Source: Polyangia bacterium
GTDB lineage: Bacteria > Myxococcota_A > Polyangia > Fen-1088
Reading direction: 5' to 3'
DNA length: 34,373 bases
NCBI GenBank assembly: GCA_035544495.1
Contig: DATKEU010000566.1
Span: 1 to 34,373 of the forward strand
Shown piece by piece: positions 17,246 through 25,552 of the stretch (position 1 is the first letter of the stretch; each line of letters starts with the position of its first letter). The notes under the pieces were generated by a model that was not told the DNA's origin, ran no database searches, and saw only the letters and a program-made list of their open reading frames with translations. Made by a program: the position numbers and the translations under genes.

Positions 17246-17247
17246 CC

Positions 17248-18189
17248 GTGGGCAGCTATCTCATCACCGGCGGGGCCGGCTTCATCGGCTCGTCACTGGC
17301 GCGGGCGCTGCTGGCGCGTGGCGACCGCGTGCGCATCCTCGACAACTTCTCGTCGGGCAAGCGAGAGAACATCGGCGATTTCGCCGACCGGATCGAGCTC
17401 GTCGTGGGCGACATCCTCGACGACGCCGCGCTGGTCAAGGCCATGAGCGGCGTCGAGGTGGTCTTTCACGAAGCGGCGATTCCCTCGGTGCCGAAGTCGA
17501 TGGCCGAGCCGATCGAGAACCACGAAGCCAACGCCACGGGCACGCTGAAGGTGCTCGAGCGCGCGCGCAAAGCGGGCGTTCGCCGCGTCGTGTACGCCGC
17601 CTCGTCGGCCGCGTACGGCGACGATCCGACGCTGCCCAAGCTAGAGACGATGGCCCCGGCGCCCATCTCGCCGTACGGCGCCTCCAAGCTGGCGGGCGAG
17701 CAGTATTTACACGTCTACGCCAAGGCCTACGGCCTCGAGACCGTCAGCCTGCGATACTTCAACGTCTTCGGCCCGCGCCAGGATCCGGCGTCCGAGTACG
17801 CGGCGGTGATCCCGAAATTCATCACCGCCGCGCTGGGCGGGCAGACGCCGCGCATCTTCGGCGACGGCACACAGTCGCGCGATTTCTGCTTCATCGACAA
17901 CGTCGTCGAGGCGAACTTCAAGGCCGCTTCCGTCGACGCGGCGAGAGTGTCCGGCGGCGTCTTCAACGTCGCCTGCGGCGTGGCCACCGATTTGAACCAG
18001 GTGGTGGCGCAGATAGGCGACGTGCTGGGCAAGAAGGTCGCCGCCCGCCACGAGCCGGAGCGGGCGGGCGACATCAAGCATTCGCTGGCCGACATCTCCG
18101 AGGCGCGCCGCCGCCTCGGGTACACGGCGGCGGTCTCGTTTGCCGAGGGGCTCCGCCGCACCGTCGAGTGGTATAGAACCAAGACGTGA
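17248..18189 (+). CDS. SDR-family NAD-dependent nucleotide-sugar epimerase/dehydratase (UDP-sugar 4-epimerase-like)
   Basis: The real start is GTG 17248, inside the listed 16834..18189 ORF. Motifs: ITGGAGFIGS (Rossmann), YGASKLAGE (YxxxK), RYFNVFGPRQDP and GDGTQSRDFCFIDNVVEAN. Confidence 0.92.
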   Translation: MGSYLITGGAGFIGSSLARALLARGDRVRILDNFSSGKRENIGDFADRIELVVGDILDDAALVKAMSGVEVVFHEAAIPSVPKSMAEPIENHEANATGTLKVLERARKAGVRRVVYAASSAAYGDDPTLPKLETMAPAPISPYGASKLAGEQYLHVYAKAYGLETVSLRYFNVFGPRQDPASEYAAVIPKFITAALGGQTPRIFGDGTQSRDFCFIDNVVEANFKAASVDAARVSGGVFNVACGVATDLNQVVAQIGDVLGKKVAARHEPERAGDIKHSLADISEARRRLGYTAAVSFAEGLRRTVEWYRTKT

Positions 18190-18232
18190 ACGCCGCCGCG
18201 CCGCCCGGTCTCCGCCTGCACGGGAGCCTCGC

Positions 18233-19093
18233 GTGCTGAGCATGACCGGCTTCGGGCGCGCCGCCGCGGAGGTGGCCGACAGGCGCGTCCACGTCGAGAT
18301 CCGCTCGGTCAACCACCGCGGCCTCGACCTCAAGATCCGCTCGCGCGAACCCGACGCCACCGTCGACGCCGAGATCGCGCGCGCGGTGCGCGCCGCGGTC
18401 GAGCGCGGCGCCCTTACCGTGCACCTGCGCGAGGACAGCGGGCCCGCCGTCGAGAGCATCGACGCCGCCAAGGTCCGCGCCGCCTACGCCGAGCTGCAGG
18501 TCTTGCGGACGGAGCTGGGCATCGAGGCGCCCATCGACCTCGGCACGGTCGCTGCCTTCCTGGGCGCCGCGCGCGCGCCCGGGCTGGCGGGAGAGGCCTT
18601 GTGGGAGGCGTTGCGGCCCGCCGTGACAGCGGCGCTGGACGAGCTGCGGGTGACCCGCCGACGCGAAGGCGCCGCCCTGGGCGCCGACATGAAGGCCCGC
18701 GTCGACCATCTCGGGGGCATCGCCGCCCGCCTCGAATCGGAGGCCGCCACGCTGACCGAACGGTTCGCGCAACGCCTGGGCGAGCGCCTTGGCGCCTTGC
18801 GCGGGCAAGGGGGCGTCGACGCGCAGCGCCTGGCCCAGGAGGTGGCGCTGATGGCGGAGCGGCTGGATGTCAGCGAGGAGCTGGTCCGCCTGCGCGCGCA
18901 CCTCGGCCACGTCCACGACATCTGCCGCGCCGACGGCGCCGTCGGGCGCAAGCTGGACTTCGTGATCCAGGAGATCGCCCGCGAGCTGAACACGATTGGC
19001 TCCAAGGCTCAGGACGCCACCGTGGCCGCCCTGGTCATCGACGGCAAGGTCGAGCTCGAAAAGCTGCGCGAGCAGGCACAGAACATCGAATGA
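18233..19093 (+). CDS. yicC: YicC-family stress-induced protein
   Basis: LSMTGFGRA...VEIRSVNHRGLDLKIR at the N-terminus and FVIQEIARELNTIGSKAQD in the C-terminal DUF1732-type domain. GTG 18233 has GGGAG 6 nt upstream. ATG 18242 is the alternative start. Confidence 0.9.
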   Translation: MLSMTGFGRAAAEVADRRVHVEIRSVNHRGLDLKIRSREPDATVDAEIARAVRAAVERGALTVHLREDSGPAVESIDAAKVRAAYAELQVLRTELGIEAPIDLGTVAAFLGAARAPGLAGEALWEALRPAVTAALDELRVTRRREGAALGADMKARVDHLGGIAARLESEAATLTERFAQRLGERLGALRGQGGVDAQRLAQEVALMAERLDVSEELVRLRAHLGHVHDICRADGAVGRKLDFVIQEIARELNTIGSKAQDATVAALVIDGKVELEKLREQAQNIE

Positions 19094-19147
19094 CCGCCGC
19101 CTGACGCCCGCGTTCGGACGTCGCTCCGACGCCGATCGGGGGGCCGG

Positions 19148-19164
19148 CGCGACGGAACGTCGCG
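19148..19164 (+). other. Perfect 7-bp GC hairpin in the yicC-gmk spacer
   Basis: CGCGACG-gaa-CGTCGCG. It is followed by an AT-rich stretch (gcaaaatata) just before the gmk ATG. There is no U-tract, so it is not a classical terminator. Confidence 0.3.
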
Positions 19165-19186
19165 GATAGGGCAAAATATAGGGCTC

Positions 19187-19858
19187 ATGTCGGACATTGA
19201 CTCGGGACACAGGCGCGGCATCCTGCTGGTCATCTCATCACCGTCCGGAGCCGGGAAGACCACGCTGGCGCGGGCGGTGGCCCAGTCCGAACGCCTGGAG
19301 TTCTCGGTCTCGTACACGACGCGGGCGCCGCGCCCGGGAGAGCGTGACGGCGTCGACTACAAGTTCGTCACCGACGACGAGTTCACCGACATGGTGGGCC
19401 GCAAGGAGTTCGCCGAGTGGGCCGTGGTCCACGGCAAGCGCTATGGCACCGCCATCCACACCGTCAACCGCGCCCTCGACGACGGCAAGGATTACCTTTT
19501 CGACATCGACTACCAGGGCGGGGCGCAGATCCGCCGCCAGTGGCCGGAGGAGAGCGTGCTGGTCTTCATCCTGCCGCCATCCATGGCCGAGCTCGAGCGC
19601 CGCCTGCGGCGGCGCGCCACGGATTCACACGAAGCCATCGAGCGCCGCCTGGCCATGGCCAAGCGGGAGCTGGAGCACTACGGCGAGTACGACTACCTGG
19701 TGGTGAACGACAACCTTGAAACCGCGCTGAAGGAGCTGTCGTCTATATATGTGGCGGCGCGCTGCGCCCGGTCGCGTAGCGGACACCTGGGTCAGGCGCT
19801 CCTGCACGAGGCGCGGCTGGTCGAGGAAGGGCACTTGCCGCCGCCACAAACGCAATGA
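19187..19858 (+). CDS. gmk: Guanylate kinase
   Basis: Motifs: P-loop SSPSGAGKTTLA, YTTRAPRPGERDGVDYKFV, and DIDYQGGAQI. Confidence 0.95.
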   Translation: MSDIDSGHRRGILLVISSPSGAGKTTLARAVAQSERLEFSVSYTTRAPRPGERDGVDYKFVTDDEFTDMVGRKEFAEWAVVHGKRYGTAIHTVNRALDDGKDYLFDIDYQGGAQIRRQWPEESVLVFILPPSMAELERRLRRRATDSHEAIERRLAMAKRELEHYGEYDYLVVNDNLETALKELSSIYVAARCARSRSGHLGQALLHEARLVEEGHLPPPQTQ

Positions 19859-22014
19859 TGACGAACGTTCAGGAAATCTGCAGCTCGGTGTCCGGATACG
19901 ATCCCGGGGCCGACCTCTCCCTCATCCAGCGCTGTTACGCGTTCGCGGCCGAACGCCACGCCGGCCAGAAGCGCCGCTCCGGCGATCCCTACGTCGTTCA
20001 CCCGGTGGGCGTGGCCCGCATCATCTCGGATCTGCGCCTGGACGTGCCGTCGATCTGCGCCGGCCTGCTGCACGACTGCGTCGAGGACACCAGCGCCACC
20101 GCCGAGGACATCGGCCGCCTGTTCGGCACCGAGATCCAGTTCCTGGTCGAGGGCGTCACCAAGCTGGGTCAGATCCCGTGGACGACGCGCGAAGAACGCC
20201 AGGCGGAAAACTTCCGCAAGATGCTCCTGGCGATGGCGCGCGACATCCGCGTCATCCTGATCAAGCTGGCCGACCGCGTGGACAACATGCGCACGCTGCA
20301 GTTCATGCCGCGCGACAAGCAGGAGCGCATCGCGCGCGAGACGCGTGAGATCTACGCCCCGCTGGCCAATCGGCTGGGCATCCAGTGGATGAAGCTGGAG
20401 CTGGAAGACCTCTGCTTTCGTTACCTGGAACCGGAGGACTGCAGGCTCCTGGTCAGTCGGATGGCCGAGACGTCGACGGCGCGCCAGCTGTACATCGACG
20501 ACGTCTGCGCCAAGCTGCGGGCGGCGCTGAAGCTGGCCGAGATCGCCGGCCAGGTCTCCGGGCGGGCCAAGCACCTCTGGTCGATCTTCCAGAAGATGAA
20601 GAAGACCGGGCGCGACCTGGAGCAGATCTACGACATGATCGCGTTCCGCGTGATCACCGAATCGGTGCGCGACTGCTACGCCGTGCTGGGCGTCGTGCAT
20701 TCCAGCTGGACGCCCATCCCCGGCCGCTTCAAGGACTTCATTGCGCTGCCGAAGCCGAACCTGTACCAGTCGCTGCACACGACGGTGATCGGGCCGCGCT
20801 CGGAACGGATGGAGGTGCAGATCCGCACGCAGGAGATGCACCGGATCGCCGAGCAAGGAATCGCCGCGCACTGGAAGTACAAGGAGCGCAAGCCCCTCGG
20901 CGACGACGACAACAAGGCCTTCGCCTGGCTGCGCCAGCTGATGGAATGGCAGCGCGACCTCAAGGATCCGACGGAGTTCATCGAGAGCGTGAAGATCGAC
21001 CTGTTCCAGGACGAGGTCTTCGTCTTCACGCCCAAGGGCGACGTCAAGGCGCTGCCCAAGGGATCGACGCCCATCGATCTCGCGTACGCCATTCACTCGA
21101 AGGTGGGCGAGCACTGCTCCGGGGCGCGCGTCAACGGCCTCATCGTTCCCCTGCGCTATGCCCTGAAGAACGGCGACACCGTCGAGATCCTCACCTCGTC
21201 GAACCAGAAGCCGTCGAAGGACTGGTTGAAGTTCGTCGTCACCAGCCGGGCCAAGACGAAGATCCGCTACTTCATCCGCATGGAGCAGCGCGAGCGCAGC
21301 CGCCTGCTCGGGCGCGATCTGCTGACGCGCGAGCTGCGCCGCCTCGACTCGTCGCTGGCCGCCGCGGAGCGCGAGGGCCTGATCGACGCCGCCGCCGAGC
21401 GCCTGCGCATCGGCAACGCCGACGACCTGCTGGTCGCCGTCGGCTACGGCAAGCTGACCGTCGAGCAGGCGGCGCACGCCATCCTCCCCGATCGCAAGTT
21501 GAGCGACACGCTGGACGACGGCACGCCCGCGCCTCCGGCGGTCACACCGCTGCGCCGGCCGGTCACCGCCAAGCGGTCGGTCGGCGGCATCAAGGTCCAG
21601 GGCGAAGCCGACATCCTGGTGAAATTCGCCAAGTGCTGCAGCCCCGTCCCGGGCGATTCCATCATCGGCTTCATCAGCCGCGGGCAGGGCGTCGTCATCC
21701 ACACGCGCGACTGCACGAAGGCGCTGGATCTCGACCCGGTCCGCCGCATCGACGTCTCATGGGACGACGACTCGAAGACGCTGCGCCCGGTGGCCATCCA
21801 GGTCACCTGCGAAGACCGCCCGGGCCTGCTGGCGTCGATCTCGAAGTCGTTCACCGAGCACGGCGTGAACATCTCGCAGGCCAAGTGCCGGACCACCGAG
21901 GACGGGCGTGGCGTGAACACCTTCCAGGTCACGGTCGGTCACCTCGATCAGCTGAAGACCGTCCTGCGCACCATTCAGGGGATCCCGGGCGTCGTCACCG
22001 CCACCAGGGTCTGA
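19855..22014 (+). CDS. rel: Bifunctional (p)ppGpp synthetase/hydrolase, RelA/SpoT homolog (HD + synthetase + TGS + ACT)
   Basis: The ATG overlaps the gmk stop (ATGA). HD-domain motifs HPVGVA...LLHDCVEDT. Synthetase region DMIAFRVITE...YQSLHTTVIGP...EVQIRTQEMH. TGS region VFVFTPKGDVKALPKGSTPIDLAYAIHS. C-terminal ACT-like region (IQVTCEDRPGLLASISK). Confidence 0.97.
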   Translation: MMTNVQEICSSVSGYDPGADLSLIQRCYAFAAERHAGQKRRSGDPYVVHPVGVARIISDLRLDVPSICAGLLHDCVEDTSATAEDIGRLFGTEIQFLVEGVTKLGQIPWTTREERQAENFRKMLLAMARDIRVILIKLADRVDNMRTLQFMPRDKQERIARETREIYAPLANRLGIQWMKLELEDLCFRYLEPEDCRLLVSRMAETSTARQLYIDDVCAKLRAALKLAEIAGQVSGRAKHLWSIFQKMKKTGRDLEQIYDMIAFRVITESVRDCYAVLGVVHSSWTPIPGRFKDFIALPKPNLYQSLHTTVIGPRSERMEVQIRTQEMHRIAEQGIAAHWKYKERKPLGDDDNKAFAWLRQLMEWQRDLKDPTEFIESVKIDLFQDEVFVFTPKGDVKALPKGSTPIDLAYAIHSKVGEHCSGARVNGLIVPLRYALKNGDTVEILTSSNQKPSKDWLKFVVTSRAKTKIRYFIRMEQRERSRLLGRDLLTRELRRLDSSLAAAEREGLIDAAAERLRIGNADDLLVAVGYGKLTVEQAAHAILPDRKLSDTLDDGTPAPPAVTPLRRPVTAKRSVGGIKVQGEADILVKFAKCCSPVPGDSIIGFISRGQGVVIHTRDCTKALDLDPVRRIDVSWDDDSKTLRPVAIQVTCEDRPGLLASISKSFTEHGVNISQAKCRTTEDGRGVNTFQVTVGHLDQLKTVLRTIQGIPGVVTATRV

Positions 22015-22316
22015 TCGTCGCGGCGCCTGGTCCCGCGATCGGGCGTCGGTTTGACGATAGCGAATGGGCCTGGTAAAAACCGGCCCTCCATGGCCTCGAA
22101 CACACGCAGAACTTGGAAGCGGCGCAGCCGCAAGCATTCAAACCTCGGGAAAAAGCGCAAGGCGGTCGACAGCAAGCGCTCGACTCCGCCGGCCGCCGTT
22201 CTTTTCGCCGGCTTAGGCGAACCCGGCAAACCTGCGTGAGACGACCGGCGACGCCAGCCCTGGCTCGCCTCGCAAGAGTCCGTCCAGCCCCCGCGAATCT
22301 ATGCGGGCAAATTTGG

Positions 22317-22336
22317 CTAACATCGACTAACATCGC
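22317..22336 (+). repeat. Tandem 10-bp direct repeat CTAACATCGA/CTAACATCGC in the kinase-like gene leader
   Basis: Read directly as ggCTAACATCGACTAACATCGCg. It shows 19/20 identity with a period of one helical turn. Confidence 0.8.
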
Positions 22337-22339
22337 GAA

Positions 22340-22355
22340 ACGACAAGCGTGTCGT
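22340..22355 (+). other. Hairpin ACGACA-agcg-TGTCGT in the kinase-like gene leader
   Basis: A perfect 6-bp stem with a 4-nt loop, 34 nt upstream of ATG 22389. Confidence 0.4.
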
Positions 22356-22364
22356 CCACTGTTA

Positions 22365-22376
22365 CAGTCATGACTG
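22365..22376. promoter_or_regulatory. Perfect 12-bp palindrome CAGTCATGACTG just upstream of the SD of the kinase-like gene
   Basis: The sequence is self-complementary as read. It ends 4 nt before the GGAG at 22381..22384, with the ATG at 22389. Confidence 0.35.
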
Positions 22377-22388
22377 GCCAGGAGCTGG

Positions 22389-24386
22389 ATGAAAGTCTGC
22401 CCGAACTGCCAAACCAAATATCCTGACGACGCCAACTTCTGTCCGCAGGAGGCGTGCGCCACGCCCGACGGGCCGCGTCGCCTGGTGGCCGTCGCCGAAG
22501 AGTCGCCCCCGCCGCGTTATCAGATGCAGGTGCGCATCGGCGGCACGCGCGGCGGCGAGGTCTGGCGGGCCCTGGACACGCAGACGAATAACCTGGTCGC
22601 ATACAAGTTGGTCGCTCCGGCGGTGCTGCCCACGCCGACCGCCGTCGAGCGCGCGCTGCGCGAGCTCAAGCAACTGACGCGCGCCCAGAACCCACACATC
22701 CTGAAGGTGCTGGACTTCGGGAAAAACCCCGACGGGCGCGTCTTCGTCGTGATGGAGCTGGTGACCGCCACGCCGCTCGACCAGCTGGTGCGGCAGGGGG
22801 GGCCGCTGCCCCTCGATCGAGCCAAGAAGATCTGCGCGCAGATCGGCGAAGCGCTGCTGGAGGGCCAGAAGGTCGGCGTCATCCACCACGACCTGGCGGC
22901 GAAGAACGTGCTGTGCGGCGCGGCCGACGACGTGAAGCTGATCAACTTTCCGACGCCGCGACCGCTGTCGGACACGGTGTTTGGCGTCGCCGACTACGTC
23001 TCGCCCGAGCAGGCCGAGGGCAAGCTGGTCGATCAGCGATCGAACACGTACAACCTGGGCGCGCTGTTGATGCTGATGCTCACCGGCGAGCCGCCCTTCA
23101 CCGGCCCCGACGAGCAGGCGGTTTTGCAGAGCGTGCTGCACGACGAGCTGGTGCCGCCCAGCCGGCGAAACCCGGCCCTTTCGGCCGATCTCGACCGCCT
23201 GGTGGGCAAGGCGCTGGAGCGCAACTCCAGCCGGCGGCCGCTGACCCTGCGGCAGTTTCTGAACGACGTGGCCGGCCTGACGGCGCCCATCGGGGCCACG
23301 CCCGGTTCTACCGGCGGCGTCAGCGTTCCCGCCGCCCGGCCCGACGCGCCGTTCGCCAAGACGATGATGTTCGCGGGCGGCTCGCCCGAGGTGCAGAAGC
23401 TGGTCGCCGAGGCGGCGGCCGCGCGCGCCGAGGCCAACGGATCGGGAGGCGTGGCGGCGTTCGCACCTCCCGGCAGCAACGGCGCTGGCGCGCCGGCGCC
23501 CAGCGAGGCGGCCGCGTCGGCTCCGGCGGACGATCCCCTCGCCGAGCCGACCCCGGCGACCACGACGTCCCGCCGGCACGGCGCCGCAGTGTCCGCGACG
23601 ATCGTGGCGATGCCGTCGAAGACGCCACCTCCCGTCGCCGCGGCGTCCGCCACCGGTGGCGCGCCGGAGACCAAGGAGGCCGCCAGCGCCGACGCCAGCC
23701 CCGAGGCAAAGAAGGATTCCGGGCCGGCCAAGGCGGCGTCGGCTCCCGGACCGAACCCGAACTTCCGCGAGACGCTCTGGTTCAAGAAGGGCGACGTCGA
23801 CCAGATGGTCGCCGACGCCAAGGCAAAGGCGACTGTTCAGAAGGGCGTCCGCTCTGCCACGCCCACGCCGCCCGCAGGAGAGACCGTTCTGGGCGTCGAC
23901 GAGAACAAGCCCCTCGAGGATCGCTACGTCGACGACGGTTCGGTCACCGTCGAGGACCGCAAGAAATTCTCTCTCCGCAGCGGCGGGACCGCCTCGTCCC
24001 TCAAGCCGGTTGGTTTGGTTCCCGGCGCTCGCATGAGCGAGGCCGAGATGCTGGACGAGATCGGCGGCCGCAAGCGCATGACCATCATCGTCGGCGCCGC
24101 CGCCGTCGGGGTGGCCCTGATCGTCGTCCTGGTCGTGGCCCTGAGGGGCGGCAAAGGCGAGGATAAGCCTGCTGTGCCGGCCGCGCCGGCCGCCACCGCG
24201 CCCGCCGAACCCGCGACGCCGCCTGCGGCTGCTGCTCCCGCCGCTCCTGCGCCCGCCACCGGCGCGCCGTCCGAAGGCGCCGGTCCCGACGCCACCAAGG
24301 AGCCGGCCAAGACCCATGTCGCCGTCGCCAAGAAGAAGGCGGTGGTGGCCAAGAAGAAAGCGCCGCCTCCGAAGAAAAAGAAGTAA
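22389..24386 (+). CDS. Zinc-ribbon + Ser/Thr-kinase-like (probable pseudokinase) membrane protein with a Pro/Ala spacer and polybasic tail
   Basis: N-terminal CPNC...CPQEAC zinc ribbon. The kinase fold has VAYK, HHDLAAKNVL and SPE motifs, but NFP replaces DFG and the Gly-loop is degenerate. A single TM helix (MTIIVGAAAVGVALIVVLVVAL) precedes an AP-rich segment ending KKKAVVAKKKAPPPKKKK. SD GGAG lies 4 nt upstream. Confidence 0.8.
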   Translation: MKVCPNCQTKYPDDANFCPQEACATPDGPRRLVAVAEESPPPRYQMQVRIGGTRGGEVWRALDTQTNNLVAYKLVAPAVLPTPTAVERALRELKQLTRAQNPHILKVLDFGKNPDGRVFVVMELVTATPLDQLVRQGGPLPLDRAKKICAQIGEALLEGQKVGVIHHDLAAKNVLCGAADDVKLINFPTPRPLSDTVFGVADYVSPEQAEGKLVDQRSNTYNLGALLMLMLTGEPPFTGPDEQAVLQSVLHDELVPPSRRNPALSADLDRLVGKALERNSSRRPLTLRQFLNDVAGLTAPIGATPGSTGGVSVPAARPDAPFAKTMMFAGGSPEVQKLVAEAAAARAEANGSGGVAAFAPPGSNGAGAPAPSEAAASAPADDPLAEPTPATTTSRRHGAAVSATIVAMPSKTPPPVAAASATGGAPETKEAASADASPEAKKDSGPAKAASAPGPNPNFRETLWFKKGDVDQMVADAKAKATVQKGVRSATPTPPAGETVLGVDENKPLEDRYVDDGSVTVEDRKKFSLRSGGTASSLKPVGLVPGARMSEAEMLDEIGGRKRMTIIVGAAAVGVALIVVLVVALRGGKGEDKPAVPAAPAATAPAEPATPPAAAAPAAPAPATGAPSEGAGPDATKEPAKTHVAVAKKKAVVAKKKAPPPKKKK

Positions 24387-24430
24387 CGCCTCGCCGCGCC
24401 GGTCCGGTCGGCCGCGCGCCCGGCGTCTGG

Positions 24431-25552
24431 CTAACGGGTGGCTGGAACCAACGCCGCGTCGACGGGCGGGAGGACGTAGCCACGGTCCTGCAACCAGCGC
24501 CGGGCGACCAGAGCGTGTCCCGACTCGTTCCAGTGCGAGTCGCCGTCGATGAAGTACGCCTTGATGACGGCCTCCGCGTCGTCGCGGAAGAAATCCGGGA
24601 ACAGATTCGTGAACCCGACGTTCTCGCGCCGGGCAAAGTCGCGCCACATCGTCACTTGCTTCGATTCCAGATCGCGCGCGCGAATCTGCTCGGGCCACGG
24701 ATACACGATCACGTGCACCGGCATCCCGTGGGCGCGCGCGTACGCCACCAAGCGGTCGAGGTTCTCTTGCGCCAGCGCCATGCCGCGCGCGCCGTAGCGT
24801 CGCCAGATCCGATCGTCGACGGTCCACAGCGCGCGTTCCTGCAGGCCGCCTTCGCCGAACGAGCGTGTCACCGACTGGCTCCATCGCTCGCGCAAACGGT
24901 CCAGGATGGTCCGCGCGATCAGCGAATGTTTGGTCAGCCAGTCGCTTGCCCGGTGGGTCACGTGGTCCCACGTGAACCCGGGCACGAAGCTCTCGTACAT
25001 GAGTTCGTCCTGGACGTCGGAGACGTCGACGAGCATCTCGATCTCGTCGAATGACAGCCGCGCCGTCTCGACCAGGTATTTGACCTTCAGGTAGGCCAGC
25101 TTCGGCGAATAGCTCTGCACGCCGGCGTCGAGGACCTCGATCCCGCGCGGGGCCAGCGCGGCGGCGACGCGGCCCACGAAGGTGCGGTCCCAGTCGATTC
25201 CGACGCCTTCGGTGAAGGAGTCACCGATGAACAGGATGCGGCGGTGACCGGGCTCCGCGTGTAGCGGCACCTCGCGCCGGACGCCGTCGCGCAGACCGAG
25301 CGAGTTGGTGATGCGCCGATAAGATCCCTGCCCCCAGGGGACCCTCTCGTCGACATTCGCGGCCAGGCCGTGGTGGTAGGCGTGGTGTCGCACGGCGCCC
25401 ACCGGTTGCCGGTTGGTCAGCGTCCCGACCATCAGGTCGGCCGGCAGCAGCAGCGCCAGCGTCGGCAGCGCCATCGCCAGCCGAGGATGGCGGTGAAACC
25501 AGCCGCTGCCCGGGCCGGCGCGCGGGTCGTTGATCGCGTCGCCTTCAGTCAA
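24431..25552 (-). CDS. Membrane-anchored SGNH/GDSL-type hydrolase (esterase/acyl-handling fold)
   Basis: A TTG start overlaps the carbamoyltransferase stop by 8 nt. N-terminal anchor HRHPRLAMALPTLALLLPADLMVG. Block I ILFIGDSFTEG and C-terminal block FIDGDSHWNESGH (DxxH). An alternative start is the internal ATG at MALPT. Confidence 0.7.
   Translation of the reverse strand: MTEGDAINDPRAGPGSGWFHRHPRLAMALPTLALLLPADLMVGTLTNRQPVGAVRHHAYHHGLAANVDERVPWGQGSYRRITNSLGLRDGVRREVPLHAEPGHRRILFIGDSFTEGVGIDWDRTFVGRVAAALAPRGIEVLDAGVQSYSPKLAYLKVKYLVETARLSFDEIEMLVDVSDVQDELMYESFVPGFTWDHVTHRASDWLTKHSLIARTILDRLRERWSQSVTRSFGEGGLQERALWTVDDRIWRRYGARGMALAQENLDRLVAYARAHGMPVHVIVYPWPEQIRARDLESKQVTMWRDFARRENVGFTNLFPDFFRDDAEAVIKAYFIDGDSHWNESGHALVARRWLQDRGYVLPPVDAALVPATR

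Noticed and set aside
19094..19186. Search for an rpoZ gene or a promoter between yicC, gmk and rel
   Set aside because: The gap is only 93 bp here and gmk and rel overlap by 4 nt, so no omega-subunit ORF fits. An AAATAT/AATATA -10-like element is present, but I found no acceptable -35.
19792..21702. 636-aa antisense ORF and 563-aa shifted ORF (20385..22076) over the rel gene
   Set aside because: The Rel HD, synthetase, TGS and ACT motifs fix the true frame. The other frames are compositional artefacts.
22051..22373. Small basic ORFs in the rel-kinase intergenic region (62 aa at 22051..22239, 86 aa at 22113..22373) and an 18-codon uORF starting inside the 22365..22376 palindrome
   Set aside because: They have no SD and mutually overlapping frames. 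Their Arg/Lys-rich composition matches chance ORFs, and they carry no recognisable motif. They are kept only as part of the finding on the intergenic region.
24387..24430. Possible bidirectional terminator between the convergent kinase-like and SGNH genes
   Set aside because: Only a weak CGCCGG...CCGGCG pairing with a ~20-nt loop is present, and there is no U-tract on either strand. This is not convincing.
22368..24971. 867-aa minus-strand ORF spanning the kinase-like gene and part of the SGNH gene
   Set aside because: The product is Arg/Gly-rich with no motifs. It crosses a convergent gene junction and contradicts two frames that have recognisable domains.
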